From assembly GCF_009914755.1 (NCBI RefSeq), contig NC_060934.1: a DNA stretch of 64,000 nt; one strand, given 5' to 3'. This DNA is from the human T2T-CHM13v2.0 reference genome, Homo sapiens. The position numbers were made by a program, and so were the translations under genes. Shown here one piece after another: positions 30,151 to 47,008 of this stretch (positions within the stretch are counted from its first letter, which is position 1; every line of letters begins with the position of its first letter). The notes below the pieces were generated by a model. The model was not told the origin of the DNA. It made no database searches and saw nothing but the letters and a program-made list of their open reading frames with translations.

Positions 30151-31764
30151 CAGTCTACTGAATAAGCTACAACAATACAGATTTGGATGAGCAAACATTT
30201 CTCTAACTTAGTTTTTTTAGGCTAAAAAAAGAGCACACAATCGTTGACAAAGCTCAGACACTGAACACCCCAAAAGTAAGTAACAGACATATATACAATG
30301 AATGCCCGAAAAGTAACTAACAGACATACACATCTATGAAACAGCATGATATAATGGCACATGTCTCTACAAGTTTACAAATTCTGTAACCTCTGTGGAT
30401 TTCTTCCCACTTCCAATAACTGTAGAAAATGAATCATCAGAAGAAAGCATTGTGCTGGAAGTACTTTCTCGAAAATGACACAAATATTTTCTCTTAAAGC
30501 CAAAGTCAGTCCTCTGAACTGGCAAGATCTATCTTCCTATGGCTCTCAGGTAGCTCACCTCACTGAAAAACCAGATGAACCTAACCTAATGAAAAAAATA
30601 TTAACTATGAAGCACAACCACTTCTTAAATGGCCATATGCATTTTTTTAAACATTAAAAGGCCACTGACATGTTGAATACACTCAAACAAATATCACAAC
30701 CCTGTTTACAAAATACTTACAATTGTAGGTCTCTGTCCCTGTCGGTACCAAGAACAGAGAGTCTTAATTGTCTGCACCAACTTCAGTATAAACCACAAAC
30801 CCCATAAGACTTGGGCTGGAGTACAGCAAAAGCTGTGTGCTGCGCGGGGCCTCCCAGTGGTATGCCTCTGGGTGTCAGGGTTCTCAGACCACCAGCTGCT
30901 TCGGCCAGCACAGGAGGCCTCTCAAAGCAGGATCTAAATTCCTGTTACTAATTAACCCTACAGAACAATGCCTCTCCCTAAGAGGACAGTCCTGAGGCCA
31001 GGTGAAAAGATGACAGGTATAATAATTAAACATTGGCTTCATGACTGTTTTGTGCTAGGGGTATTTGTCCCAGTCAACTGTTTTTTTTTTTTTTTACCCA
31101 TCTCAAGATAACAAACAAACAAAATTTCATAGCATGGCTTTTGCATCCTAATCTCAGTCCTGACCCTGATCTTCTTTTCCCTTGGACCATATTGGCTTTT
31201 TCCTCATTTTAAAGTTTATTTGATCTTGTTTTACGTATTTTTATAAGCTGTGGTAAGCCCCTCCCTAGAGAAAAGTAGGGCAAAAATAAATAAAAACTTA
31301 CATGAAACAGTTCACTATTTGGGTCTTCTCTGTAAAGAGAAGATAGGAGGAGAAAATGAATCACTGTTACCACAATAGTGCTATTTCCTTCCTAAAAAAA
31401 GATTCACTCCCACAAAATAAACATCAGTCTTTTGTGTGCCTCTTAAGTTTTTGCACACTGCTTCCCCATAGCAACCAAACTGTCCTAGATTAATACACTG
31501 GAGTCTAATAGGGTAAATCTCCTTCGTCACTTCTTTTATATATCCTTTCTGTCTTTGATTATTTAAATCCCAGTTAATTCTTCCTGTGCAATCCATTTAC
31601 TTTCCTAATTTTTTTGCTATCTGCCTGGCTTAGAAGACTCATCATACTCACTTCTTTCCAATGATGATAATCATGAATTGGAAGAAAAATCAACACACAA
31701 AAGATGTCAATTGTCCCCAAACTGATCTACAGATTAACAAAATTCCTATCAAAATCTTGCAAGG

Positions 31765-31766
31765 TT

Positions 31767-31798
<32 letters not shown>

Positions 31799-32086
31799 TG
31801 AGACATGGTCTTGCTCTGTTGTCCAGGCTGGAGTAGAGGTGTGCAATCATGGCTCACTGCAGCCTCAACCTCCCCAGGAGGCAGTCCTCCTGCCTCAGCC
31901 TCCTGAATATCTGGGGCTACAGATGTGCACCACCACACTGGGCTAATTTTTTAATTTCTTAGTTTTTGTAGAGATGGAGTCTCATTAGGTTGGCCAGGCT
32001 TGTCTTGAACTCCTGGGCTCCAGCTGTCCTCCCACTTCGGCCTTCTTAAGTGCTAGGATTACAGGTGTGAGCCACCCTGCCTGGCC
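31765..32086 (-). mobile_element. AluJ
   Basis: Antisense Alu dimer. Confidence 0.88.
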
Positions 32087-32179
32087 TCACAGTGATTTTT
32101 GGCAGATATTCTAAAATTTATAGTAAAGGTACAGGCCCTAGAATAGCTAAAAACCATCTTGAAAAAGAAGAAAAAAGTT

Positions 32180-32499
<320 letters not shown>

Positions 32500-33158
32500 C
32501 TATCCCATATTAAGGCCTACTGGATAACTACAGTAATCAAGACAACACAGCATTGGCAAAAAGAGAGACACATAACATAGATCAGTGGAACAGACTGGAG
32601 AACCCAGAGACAGGCCCACATGAATATGCCAAACTGATTTCTGTGCCATTCAACAAACAGTGCTAGAGCAATTAGACACCCCTAGGCAAAAGCAATGAGC
32701 TTCTACCCAATCCTCATTGTGGTACATCCATACCATGGAATACTACTCAACAATAAAAAGGAACAAATTATTAGTACGTTCCACGACCTGGATAAGAATC
32801 CAGGGAATTAAATTATGCTGAGTGACAGAAAGCCAATCCCAAAATGTTAGATACTATACGAGTACACTTACATAGCATTTCCCAGATGACAACATTATAG
32901 AAATGGAGAAGAGATGGGAGTTGTTAGAGGTTAGGGATGGGGATGAGGTGGTTTAACAGGGCCACATGAGAGACCCCTGTTCTGGAACTCTTCTATTGGA
33001 TTGACCACATCAGTGTCAATATCCTGGTTGTGATACTATTGTATAGCTTTGCAAGATGTTATCACTGGAGAAACTGGGTAAAAAGCCCTCATGATCACTT
33101 TGTACTATTTCTTACAACTACATCTGAATCTATAATTATCTCAAAATTAAAAGTTTAA

Positions 33159-33575
<417 letters not shown>

Positions 33576-33939
33576 TCACATAAATCTATAGAGATTTACT
33601 TATTATCAATGCCATCTTACGAATTTCAAACTGGAAATATTTATTTTTCCCTATAAGAATGAAAGTTAATCCGAAAGTAAAATATTTGATACAGAATAAG
33701 AAATGGAAAGCATTGCTTTCCAATTGAATGTGTTTATTTAGCAGGCTGTGTAGATACTTAAAAAGAGCACCTCTAATACCTAGGGCCCATCCAAAAATAA
33801 AAAAGGAAACCTGCACATAATTTTCAGAAATTTCATCTACTGCCCCAGATTATTAATTTTTAAAACCTGACCAACTCTGGAGAAATAGCAAGAAAACAAC
33901 TTTTTGGAAAGGGAGGAGATCGGGTCATCTCAATTTTTG

Positions 33940-34772
<833 letters not shown>

Positions 34773-36103
34773 TGATATAACAGTTCAGCCTTCCCAGAAG
34801 TGGAATGGGCAGATGGAGGTTTCAGGGCCCTTTATCTTCTCAGTTTCCATAACATAAAACCTAGATCCAAACTCCCTGAATTCCCACTTTGGAGGCCAGT
34901 CTAACTTATGCTGGACTTTTCTGGCGCTTTGGGGAATGCCAGGTCATGCACAGAAGAGATGAGGCTTCTTTTCAGTTCGTTGACGAGGCAGCACAAGCCC
35001 AGAATATGCTCCAGCGACTCATCTTCTGCCCCCAAAGTCCCTTGGGCCCCACCTCTGTCTTCAAGCTCTTGCCTACCTTCTCTTCTTTTTATCACCCTGA
35101 ATGTTCCAGAACCACTGTCTCCTCTCCCCCAGCCCCATGTGCTTCCCAGCAAGTTTTGTCATTGGATTCTGGCTCCCCTACAACCCAGAAACTGCTCTCC
35201 CAACAACACACTCTCCTGAGGCTTCATCTAGATGTGGCCTGTATGGTATCTGGCACTTTCTGACCACTTCCGCCTCCATGGAATGTCCTCTTCGTAAAAT
35301 GTCTCCAACACTCCTTTCCTCAGCTCTCCCATGCCTTTCTGATCACTCCTCAGTTGTTTCACTGAGTGTCCACCTCTGCCTCCCTCAAATGTCCATATGT
35401 TTCCCAGGACTCCGAGCCTGCTGGTATCATCCTACCTTCTCCCAGAGTGAGCTCCGTCTGCCACACCTAAAGCAGAAGTCAGAAGACTGGTGATTGATTC
35501 CCTGAAGTTCAGCAAACCAGGAGCATCTCACGGGAACATGGAACTCAAGAGAAATCAAGCTACACCCGTCATCTCCCATCTCCCATCAGGAAACTTGTAC
35601 CTGGTTTCCTACCTGACCGCAACCTCCCCATCGGCAACTTGGCCACCCAAACCAGAAATCAGGGCCCTGCCTCACTTGAGTGATCATTCAGATCTCAGCA
35701 GTCACTAAGCCTCGGTTCCTGCCTTTAACCTTCCTCTCTCCTTCCACCCCATTGATGTTCTCATGGGCCTGAGTCAGGCTTATGCCTGGAGCCTCCAAAC
35801 TTCACTTCCACCTCTCTAAACCCATCCTCTCCGCCACTTCCAGAATGGCCTTTAAACGGCCCCACCCTGCCTGCTCACTCCCAATAAAAACCCTCCTGGA
35901 GAGTCCCCCAGCAGTTCTCAAGCATAGGCCTGGCAGGTGCTGCCTCCAACAGACAGGTGGATAGCGCTTGCTTCTTACCCATGGAAGCCCACATGGCAAA
36001 CTTTTTGTCTTTTTTATATTTTATGTTTTTATTTTTTAATCTAGCAAATCGTCCCAGATCCTGGCCCATATGGCAAACTTATAAAATTAAATTTGTTAAA
36101 GGG

Positions 36104-36605
<502 letters not shown>

Positions 36606-37090
36606 CTATACTTAGAATCATTGTCACTCTCTTGCATTTAGATACTCATCAGTAGGAGAAAAAAGGTATCCAGTTACAAATAAATAGTTTGGAAATGACA
36701 CTTAACCCTTAGGTTATCTCATACAGACTAAGACCTGCAGTGACTTACTTGTGCAGGTGTATTCCTACAAGCTGTGAGGCTTACAAGGACTGTGATGCCT
36801 TAGCTTCATTACCAGCACCACATTTAGATAAACCCAGGAGGGATGCGATTACTTGTGTTGGTGGAAAACAGAAAACAAAAGAAAACAAAAAACTCAAGGA
36901 TGTCCAGCCTGTTGGGTACATTCCAAAGTCCCACTTCTCTGAGCTGGAACCTCCTATCCTCCCTCCCACCAGCAGGTGACCTGTGCCCAACCATGAGACA
37001 CCAGCCACCCTGGCCATCCTTCCTATTCCTGTCTAGTTTGTTCTCTCTGCTCAGAATGCCTTTCCACCCTTCTCACTTAGAAAACCCCTA

Positions 37091-37438
<348 letters not shown>

Positions 37439-37621
37439 CCGACCCCTAATCATACTTCAAGCCTTAGTTGAGAATATTTCCCCTACAAATCTCTCCTAGA
37501 CATGGTCTCTGATTCCCAATCTCTAGGCTGTTAGCAGAGACTCCATGACATTTTCATATTACCAGGACCTAGCAACATGTGCCACTCAGTAAATTTAATA
37601 AATGTTTGTGATGTGGACTGA

Positions 37622-38202
<581 letters not shown>

Positions 38203-39555
38203 TAAGACAACAACACTCTCTGTCTCCTTGCTTCTGCCTTCTGAAAAGTTCTGCTTTCCACAGGGCAATGAACTTGATCAATCACTGGAGGTATTTTTTA
38301 AGCAGCTCATTTCCAGGAGATGAAAAGGCTAGGCAACCAGGACCTGTATTTTGCCCTATTTTCTGCCACGATGGAACCAGACTTGGAATCATTTCCTTTT
38401 CCCAAAAAGCTTAGGATTTTGACCTCTATGGGAGAAGACAGAGACATGCTGTAGTCTACTGATATGTACACCGATACACCTGTATGAATCGAGCTTGTGG
38501 CCTTCTGTACCATGGGCAAGTCATTTTGTTTGTGCATAAATTTCTTTTTAAAGACAAAAAGGGGATATTATTTTCAGTTAATATTTTTCAACCAACAACC
38601 CCCCACCCCTGCCGGAAATCTGAATCAATCAATAATTCAATCAATTGAGTCTGTCTTTCTGTCTGTCTGGTCTCGCTTTTTCTCAAAGCTTTTGGAGAAC
38701 TTTACTGGCTTTAGCTGAAAATCTTTGAGCTCCAAGGTCATCTGTAAGTCACTGGCTTGAACCACTGATGAGCCAGCCAACTTTTCTCTCCCGGGCTGTA
38801 GCTTCAGAGCAATGGGTGTGTAGCAGAGCTCAACACAAAGAGAACTGCTGGCCTCGTGGTCAAAATGAGATGTGAACTTGCCAGGGGTGAGCCTGGACCG
38901 TGGTTTATGAGTCCTGGCTCCAGAGACCCAGCCTCTCACACGGCTGGAGCAACATCGCGTTCCTGGACACCAGGCTCAGAGTCTTGAGAGTAATCAGAGA
39001 TGTACAAAGTGTGACATGCTCCGTTTGGGCCACTAGATATCTAAAAATATGGGATTTCTGTCTGCTGTCAAGCAGCAGCTCACTGCACGAACAGAACCAT
39101 GGAGGCTGCTGCTCAAATGGGGACATGAGCTGACGGTGATGTGACCAGTGGAGTGAGGACCTGGGAGGCTCTTCCCTTCCCTGCTGTTGTTGACATCACA
39201 AAGCTCAGCACCACATGTGGTTTGTTTGGCTGATTCCAAATACCAAGAGGGAATGGATCATTCTTATTCCTGAAAGAAAAACTCCAGGAGACTGTGCTCC
39301 TCAGGGAGCATCATCTATACCTTAGAGACACACAGGAGCGAGGAGCCTTCTCTGAGCATGTTCTCCCAGCCCCAAGGACCGAGAAACCCCACATCCCCTG
39401 GGCCAAGCACTCTGTAGCCCAGTGAAGGTTCCATTCTCATCTTCCTCCAGAAACAGAGCTCTACGTAATGGCTATGCACTCGGCCAACCCACAGAAGCCC
39501 GATAAGCTTGTAATAGAGTGGAACCACAGTCCCAATAATTCTATAAAACGGAACC

Positions 39556-39675
39556 ACTTGAACCCAGGAGGCGGAGCTTGCAGTGAGCCGAGATCATGCC
39601 ACTGCACTCCAGCCTGGGCGGCAGAGCAAGATTCCACCTGAAAGAAAGAAAGAAAGAAAGAGGGAAAGAAAGAAA
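39556..39675 (+). mobile_element. 5'-truncated Alu right-arm fragment with (GAAA)n tail
   Basis: GAACCCAGGAGGCGGAGCTTGCAGTGAGCCGAGATC. Confidence 0.85.
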
Positions 39676-40257
39676 CCAGAAACACTATGTGTTGTATCTT
39701 ACAATGTATCTTTGGCTCCAACTGTGGATCCTGGGCCATGTCTCCTTGACAGCACGAGTGGGAACTTCCTACCCTAAGGTTTAGCCAGTGACTTCTGTAT
39801 TGAGGGCAGGGGCTACAAGACTGAGGAGGAGGGTCCCATCTGAAAACTGGGGCGTGGGAGGATGGGGTCTGACAGGAGTCAGCCTGTGGGGACAGAATGG
39901 TGGGAGGTGGGAGGCTGAGATCAGGAAGACTGATTTCTGGGGTAGGTGGAGGACACTAAAAAAAAAAACCTGAAAAATTCAAGAAAAGAAAATAACAGAA
40001 TGATGCAGAAATCAACTGAATAAATTTAGCTTTATATTTAATACAACATTCACTTCATTTTCTTAGGTTTCTCATCGCACTGCCCTCAGGTAAGGGCTTG
40101 GTTTTAGTCTGGGGACTGAAAATCGCTGGTCTGGATTAAGATTCCTACAGTGCCATCAAATTCTAAAAACTTGAAATTCTACAATTCTGAGGCATAGCAC
40201 CATCTCACCTTCTCCAAAGAAAAGCCTCAACAATGAGGGGGAAAAAAAGAAGGAAGG

Positions 40258-40592
<335 letters not shown>

Positions 40593-43086
40593 TTAAAGCA
40601 AAGCATTCTGAAATAAAAAATTATTAGACAGTAGGAGAGCAAGCAAAGATAAAATCCTTTGATCATGCCTCAACTTCCCTCCCATAGAGACTCAGGCCAA
40701 AGCAGATCAGATAACCCTTTGAAGACCCTGAAGTTATTATCTGTTGGACTACTAAAGTGGATTATTCATTAGCAAGTACAAGTAATTCCCTCCCAAGGAT
40801 TTATCGAAAGATGGCTGGTAATCTCGTTAGTGGGATAGTGGGTGCAAGTTGCATCAAAGGGAAGAGAGAAAATAAATAAGCAAATACGTTTTCAAACAAC
40901 TATAGTTATTCAGGAGTTCTTCCAGGTACTCCTAACTCCTTGCTACAGCTCCCTTCAGCTTACGCTTGTACCCCTAGTGACATGGGCCCCCTAAAATGTG
41001 ACTTGTGTGAGGACAGAGACTTTTGTCTGGTTTGTGAACTGCTGTTCATCTTCAGTGCCTAGGATATATTAAGTGCTCGATAAATATTTCTTGAACGAAT
41101 AAGGCAAATAATGCGTATGCTCCAGGGAAAATGACAAGGCAATGAGTTCTTTTCCAAAGGCAACTTTATCCCTCACAGACACCCCCCTGCCCTGCAATCT
41201 GTGATCGTAATTTCTGCTGGCTTTGTGCAGGCTGTTCCACATGCCTGAATTGGTTTACCTCCTTCTCAAATACCTCTTTGGGAAAGATTTTCCTCATTAA
41301 GCAGTGTCTGATTTCAATATAGGACTCCCTTGCAAAATCTTCCGTGCATTCTGATCTCCTGGGCTTGGCATCACTTTCACAAATCCGCTGCCCAGGGACC
41401 ATGTGTTCACAAAGACACGGCTTACTGGCCCGTATGGTAAGCTAATTGATGTGGTAAGCCCTGAAGGCAGGATTATTTTTCAGCCAGGCCCTGCCTAATG
41501 TTTTCTGATGATGGCCAAGTGGGCAAGTTCAGTCCTTTCTCCCCAGAAACATGATCCTGCTTTCTATACCAACAAGTATTAATTCAAATCCCTCGTGGGC
41601 AGTCCAGGATATGAAAATTACAGTAATCTAATCTTGTAGAGGAAGAAGTATGAATCATCATGACACTGCCTGACAAAGAGCAAAGTGATTAATGCCAGGC
41701 TGCAGTAGGGTCCCCAGTGACAGCTCCCCGTGGGTCACAAACCTAACATGGGAACCCACGAGGCAAACATCAGAGAAGCAACATCCTGGTCTCCATCCAG
41801 GGAGAGGAGAAGCAGGGAGTAGCAATGCCGTATTCTCAGGACCATGTCTGAAAACTGGCCATACTGAGGCAAATTCAGTGACTGAGGGAGAAGAGCAAGA
41901 TTGCGTCTTAAAAACTCATCCGTTCCACCTTCTGACTGGTGGAAACTGCTTAAACTCTGAAGCTTACTTTTAGGTAGGAACTATAAGGTTTGCAGAATCA
42001 CGGCATCACAGAGAATGACCTAGAAACCCCAATCCTCTGCAGGGGAAAACAAGAGGACATGCTTAGGACAAGCAAGATGATAGATAACCATGCCAAAAAG
42101 AATGCGCTCTTAACCATATCCCAGGAACATACAGTTCTGAAGAAGTCTTGGCCTTTTTCTGAAACCTTCAAGAAGTACACCAAAGCTCCCGATCTCCCAT
42201 CTCCAGGAAACCACAGCCCAAGTGCACTGGGAAAGTTGGTCAGGGTGCCTGCAAGCCTAAACCATCACTTGGCTTTTTTTTCTTTTCTTGCTTTCTTTTT
42301 CTTTTTTTTCTTTTTTGCACAGCTGTATTCAATTTTCTGTCCTTGGGGTTTTAAAAGGAACATTTATTCTAGGGCCAGGATTCTCAAGTTTTATGGTTAT
42401 ACAACTCCCTCCCAGGGCCAAAGAATGTTTTAAAAGTCTTAAAGCTAGCAAAGAAAATTAGTAAACGTATCCGAATGAAAGTGAAATAAAAAATTAAGAC
42501 TTGTTCCAGTTTATATTCAACCTCTTACTTGATTGTATTGTACCTTCTGTTTGCCCTTCACTGCTTTTACTACCCATTTTTAATGCAAATATAGGTGTGT
42601 GTGTGTTTGTGTGTGTGTGTGTGTAGAGACAGTGAGAGAGCAGGTGAAGAACAGAGAAGTACAAAGGTGTATTTCGAGTCTTCCACAGCTTCTATTTCCT
42701 GTTCTGTGGTAAATTTTATTTTAAATAAGGTCTACAGCTTAAACCGAGTTTAACAAAAGGTCACGAAGAAAGAGATTCCTTCAGTGTTTTTATAACATTG
42801 CTTGCTTTCCCAATTTAGAAAGCTAGATACTTTCTGATTTTTTGGTAGTAGGAAAGTAGTTTTAAAACCCCCTACATTTTTTACTTAAAAAGTCAAATTA
42901 GTGGCATTTTTAATTGAAATGATTAAACTTTTGTCAATATCAAAAAAAAAAAAAACAAAAAAAATCATTACCAGAAAAAAAAAAAAAAGAGAGAATGATA
43001 AGATGACGCTCCCACCAGCCCATGAAATGTTAACTAGTTTTCTCAATGCAGCCACATGGAGTTAAGAAAACCCACAAGTCCCTTAC

Positions 43087-43141
43087 CTGTCTTCTGTTCT
43101 TCTCCCTTCATGTCACCTGGATCCCCACATCTCACAGGCAT
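43087..43141 (-). CDS. Candidate alternative coding exon end (MPVRCGDPGDMKGEEQKT + 1 nt), phase-1 donor
   Basis: Strong donor CAG|GTAAGG (GT 43086-43085); in-frame ATGs at 43141 and 43111 with no stop before the donor. The 5' boundary of the exon is unknown. Confidence 0.35.
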
Positions 43142-43825
43142 CTACCCAAAGCCTTTGTCTGCACAGGTTCACAAACGTTACTTGTACGTTTGCCCCTGAA
43201 TTCTCCCGAAGGGTGGCTTCCTGCTCATGCACACTCATCAGATCTGACAAAGCCAAGCTCAGGCTTTTGGGGCCGAGGTTTGTGACACAGCACACACCAC
43301 CACATTAGAGGCCTGGCTGCATCCCAAGACAAACCAGAAATTTTTGAGAAACAAAAGTTATTTGCACAGATCCACTCTGAGCAGAAAAGACGGAATCAGT
43401 ACTCTTCCATAAAATGATGGGAAATGTTGTCAGTGGCACCTGCTTTGTACCGTCCAATTCTCTGAAAACAATTAGAAGACAGTGGAAACTGACCTTGCCC
43501 GACCCTCATCATGATGAGCAGCCAATGCAGGCTTCTCTGGAGAGGCAGTTAGTTCTAAGAAAAGCCAACCAAACCTCTCCTCTTGGCAATCACTTTCTCT
43601 TGCTCTTTTAAAATCAAGAAATCAAAGTGCCCTTTAGCACGGCCCTGTGGCCAAGAAAGCCCTGCAGCCAAGATAACAGGTTGAAGTTCAAACAATTCAT
43701 CCCAGATAACCACTCTAATTCTCCCATGATTGGAAGTTGCTAGAAGTTAGTCAAAGTTATAAACCTAGGACACAGGACAGCTGGGAAAAAAAAAAAAAGA
43801 TTCTAAAAGCAGGGTTTGTTTCTTG

Positions 43826-44144
43826 GGCTGGGCATAGAGGCTCATGCCTATATTCCAAGCACTTTAGGAGGCCAAGTGGGGAGGATTGCTTCAGCCCAGG
43901 AGTTTGAGACCAGCCTGGACAACACACTAAGGCACCCGTCTACACACAAAAAAAACAAAAAACAAAAAACACATTAAAAATTAGCCAGGCATTGTGACTC
44001 ACACCCATGGTCCCAGCTACTTGGGTGGCTGAGGTAGGAGGATCCTTTAAGCCCAAGAGGTCAAGGCTGCAGTGAGCTGTGATTACACCACTGCACTCCA
44101 GGCTGGGTGACAGAGCGAGGCCCTGTCTAAATAAATAAATAAAA
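43826..44144 (+). mobile_element. AluJ
   Basis: TSD TAAAAGCAGGGTTT. Confidence 0.9.
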
Positions 44145-44615
44145 GCAGGGTTTCTTTTAAGCCAGAAATTTTTTCATGGGTGATATTCTACCTTCTAATC
44201 ACATAGGACACACTACTAATATCATCTTCTCAGAATAATAAATTTAAAAATCCTGTGAATCTGCACTCTAGAACAAATGAAGATGCTTCTTTCAATGTTT
44301 TATGAAAGTAATACTGAACAATTCTTTCTTCTGAACCCCCACGGCATGCCTCTTTCATATACAATAAAACACAACCAAGCAATTACAACCACAAAGTTTT
44401 GTTTTTTAAACCACACACATAAGAAAATTGCTACAAGAAGACTTTACCTAAGGTTAGAGAAATAAGGGCATTCTCTAATTTCATGCCAAGCCAGCTAGAA
44501 AACACTACATTTTAAAAATATTGTGTTATGGTAGGCCATCTGTATTCCATATAAGAAAAAAATTTTAGCTTCAAAAAAATTGAAGCTCAAATATAACTTC
44601 AAACAATTGACTTAC

Positions 44616-44657
44616 CAAAATATGCAAGTGCATGGGCGTACACACACACACACACAT
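44616..44657 (-). other. Candidate 42-nt cryptic cassette exon containing (UG)8
   Basis: Acceptor TGTTTGTTTTTCTTTTACCAG|, donor TTG|GTAAGT. Confidence 0.35.
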
Positions 44658-44732
44658 CTGGTAAAAGAAAAACAAACACAGCTTGGATTCATCCAAGATG
44701 AGCAGTCCCTAGTCATGTGCTCAAAATATGAT

Positions 44733-45116
44733 TGCTATGGTTTGAATGCGTCCCCCAGAGTTCATGTGCTGGGAACTTAATCCCAAATGCTACACTGTTG
44801 AGAGGTAGGACCCTTGAGAGGTGATTAAGTCATGAGTGCTCTGTCCTTGTGAATGGATTAATATCATTATCACAGAAGTGGGTTCTTTATCACGAGAGTG
44901 GATTTGCTATAAAAGTGCGTACATTTCTCTGTTGCTTGCTCTCACCATGTGATGCCTTCTGCCAGGGGATGACACAGCATGAAGGCCCTCACCAGATGCA
45001 GCCCCTGGATCATGGACTTCTCAGCCATCAGAACCATGAGCCAAATAAACTTTTATTGTTTCTAAACTACCCAGTCTGTGGTATTCTGTTATGGCAGCAC
45101 GAAGTGGACTTAGACA
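44733..45116 (+). mobile_element. MaLR solo LTR (MSTD-like)
   Basis: TGCTATGGTTTGAATG...GACTTAGACA, perfect 5-bp TSD ATGAT. Confidence 0.85.
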
Positions 45117-45644
45117 ATGATGTTTGCTCAAAACATTTCAAATGGACTTTCTAGCCTAAGTAACAGTCCATTTCCAACTAATATTTTCTCAAGAGAAGAG
45201 AAAGAGTGGGTTGTTACTTGAAGGAACATCTGTCTTAAAAAGTTGTTTTCACATAATCTAAATTAGTAAAGAAGCGTGGGGAAAGAATGTACTGATGCAA
45301 ATGGTAAGAGCCGTGGGCAATGCACTTTTGAGGTTTCTGAAAAGCATCTGTGTGTGTGCATTTTGAGAAAGTTACCACTTTGCCTTTCAGTTCACTCCAG
45401 GAACTGCTACAGTCTCAGGGTCCAAACCCCAACCAACTGATGTATTAATAAATGCAAGGCTGATGTATTAATAAATGCATATATAATATGTATTTATTAC
45501 CACATTTATTACCATAAATATGGTTGTATTTAATACAACCAAGTGATGTATTAATAAATGCATATATAATAAATTATATATGAACAGTTAGGACTGTGTT
45601 TCATAAAGACTTTCACTACAAAAAAAAGCCTGGAATGAAGTTTG

Positions 45645-45903
45645 TGCACAGGCTCATACCAGTAATGTCAACACATTGGGAGGCCCAAGCTGGGAGGATC
45701 ATTGAGGTCAGGAGTTGGAGAACAACTGGGCAACATAGCAAGACTTTGTCTCTACAAAAATAAAAATCATAAGTTGGCCATGGTGGCACACGCCTGTAAT
45801 CCCAGCCACATGGGAGGCTGAGGCATGATGATCACTTGAGGCCAGTAGTTTGTGCTACTTCACTCTAGTCTGGGCAGCAACAGGAGACCCTGTCTCCAAA
45901 ACA
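45645..45903 (+). mobile_element. Degenerate AluJ
   Basis: Alu dimer with deletion. Confidence 0.8.
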
Positions 45904-46585
45904 AGAGCATGGAATGTCTTTTCTCTTTATTCTGATTTCAAACAGAGATTTCTTTTTATCAATTTGACCTAGACTTTGAAAAAGCACATTAGTAAACCCC
46001 TTCTTTACATTTTCTCCCAATCAAAATAACTAAACAAAATCAAAACCATCAGAGAACAAGGCAAAGAATGGCACTCTTCTCCGAACCCCAGCCTCACACC
46101 ACCCTCGCGCCCCAACCCTGCCTACAAGTTAGCAACTCCCTACACAGATGCAACATTCATACCCAGAAGGGCTGGCTCCCAGGAAGACACGACCTCCAAA
46201 CCCAACCAGCACCTTTTTGGGCATTTCAGCAGAGCAGGTAAAGATCCAAGAGCAATTTTTCATCAGAATCTGGTGACAGCAACACTTCTGAAAACAGGTG
46301 CCAAATTGTCTCCACTGTAGCACTTCACATTCCCTCTTCAAACCATTCGGATCTGGAGTTTCCAATCTGAACTTCTCTTATCATGGTCATGGGCAACATC
46401 CATCTTGGCAATTCCAATAGATCCTTCTGTCCTCCTATGACTACCTCTCGGTAGGACTTACTTTGTGCCTGAGTTCAGTGACCTTGTGCTCACTCTCTTA
46501 CTTCTCCTTCCTCCCTGGCTGGCCATTCCTTCTCAGTTTGCTTTGTAACTCCCCTCTCCTATTCTACCTCATCCTGTGCCACATG

Positions 46586-46588
<3 letters not shown>

Positions 46589-46624
<36 letters not shown>

Positions 46625-47008
46625 CATCCTTTCCTGCAGATTCACCTATCATCTAAATGTTATCTCCAGTCTAGATTACTCCTCGGAGTTCTAGACACAC
46701 GTTCAACTGTCTGCCTAAGATTTGTTTGGATATTTAATAGACACCTCAAACTTAATATGTCCACAATAGAACTCTTGATTCTCAAAGCTGGCCCTCTCCA
46801 TAAAACAAAAACAAAACAAAGCAAAAAGAAACCCTCCTAATCTCAGTCTTTCATCTCCTTCTGAGAAATTGCTCAAGACCAAAATTTAGAGGTCATTCTT
46901 AATTCCTCACTTGTCCTCACTCCCTAAGTCTCATCTATCATGAAGTGCTGACAGTTAACCGTCCAATATATGTAAGACACACACACAAACACACACACAC
47001 ACACACAC
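46589..47008. repeat. (TC)n 46589-46619 and (CA)n 46977-47008 microsatellites (other CA/TG runs at 27826, 42596, 44641, 57749)
   Basis: Direct reading. Confidence 0.9.

Noticed and set aside
29701-30165. 154-aa plus-strand ORF over the leader exon
   Set aside because: Antisense to the exon, no recognisable domain, no plus-strand promoter or splice evidence.
30272-30328. 37-bp-period duplication AAAAGTAA(G/C)TAACAGACATA
   Set aside because: Ordinary slippage duplication with no motif of note.
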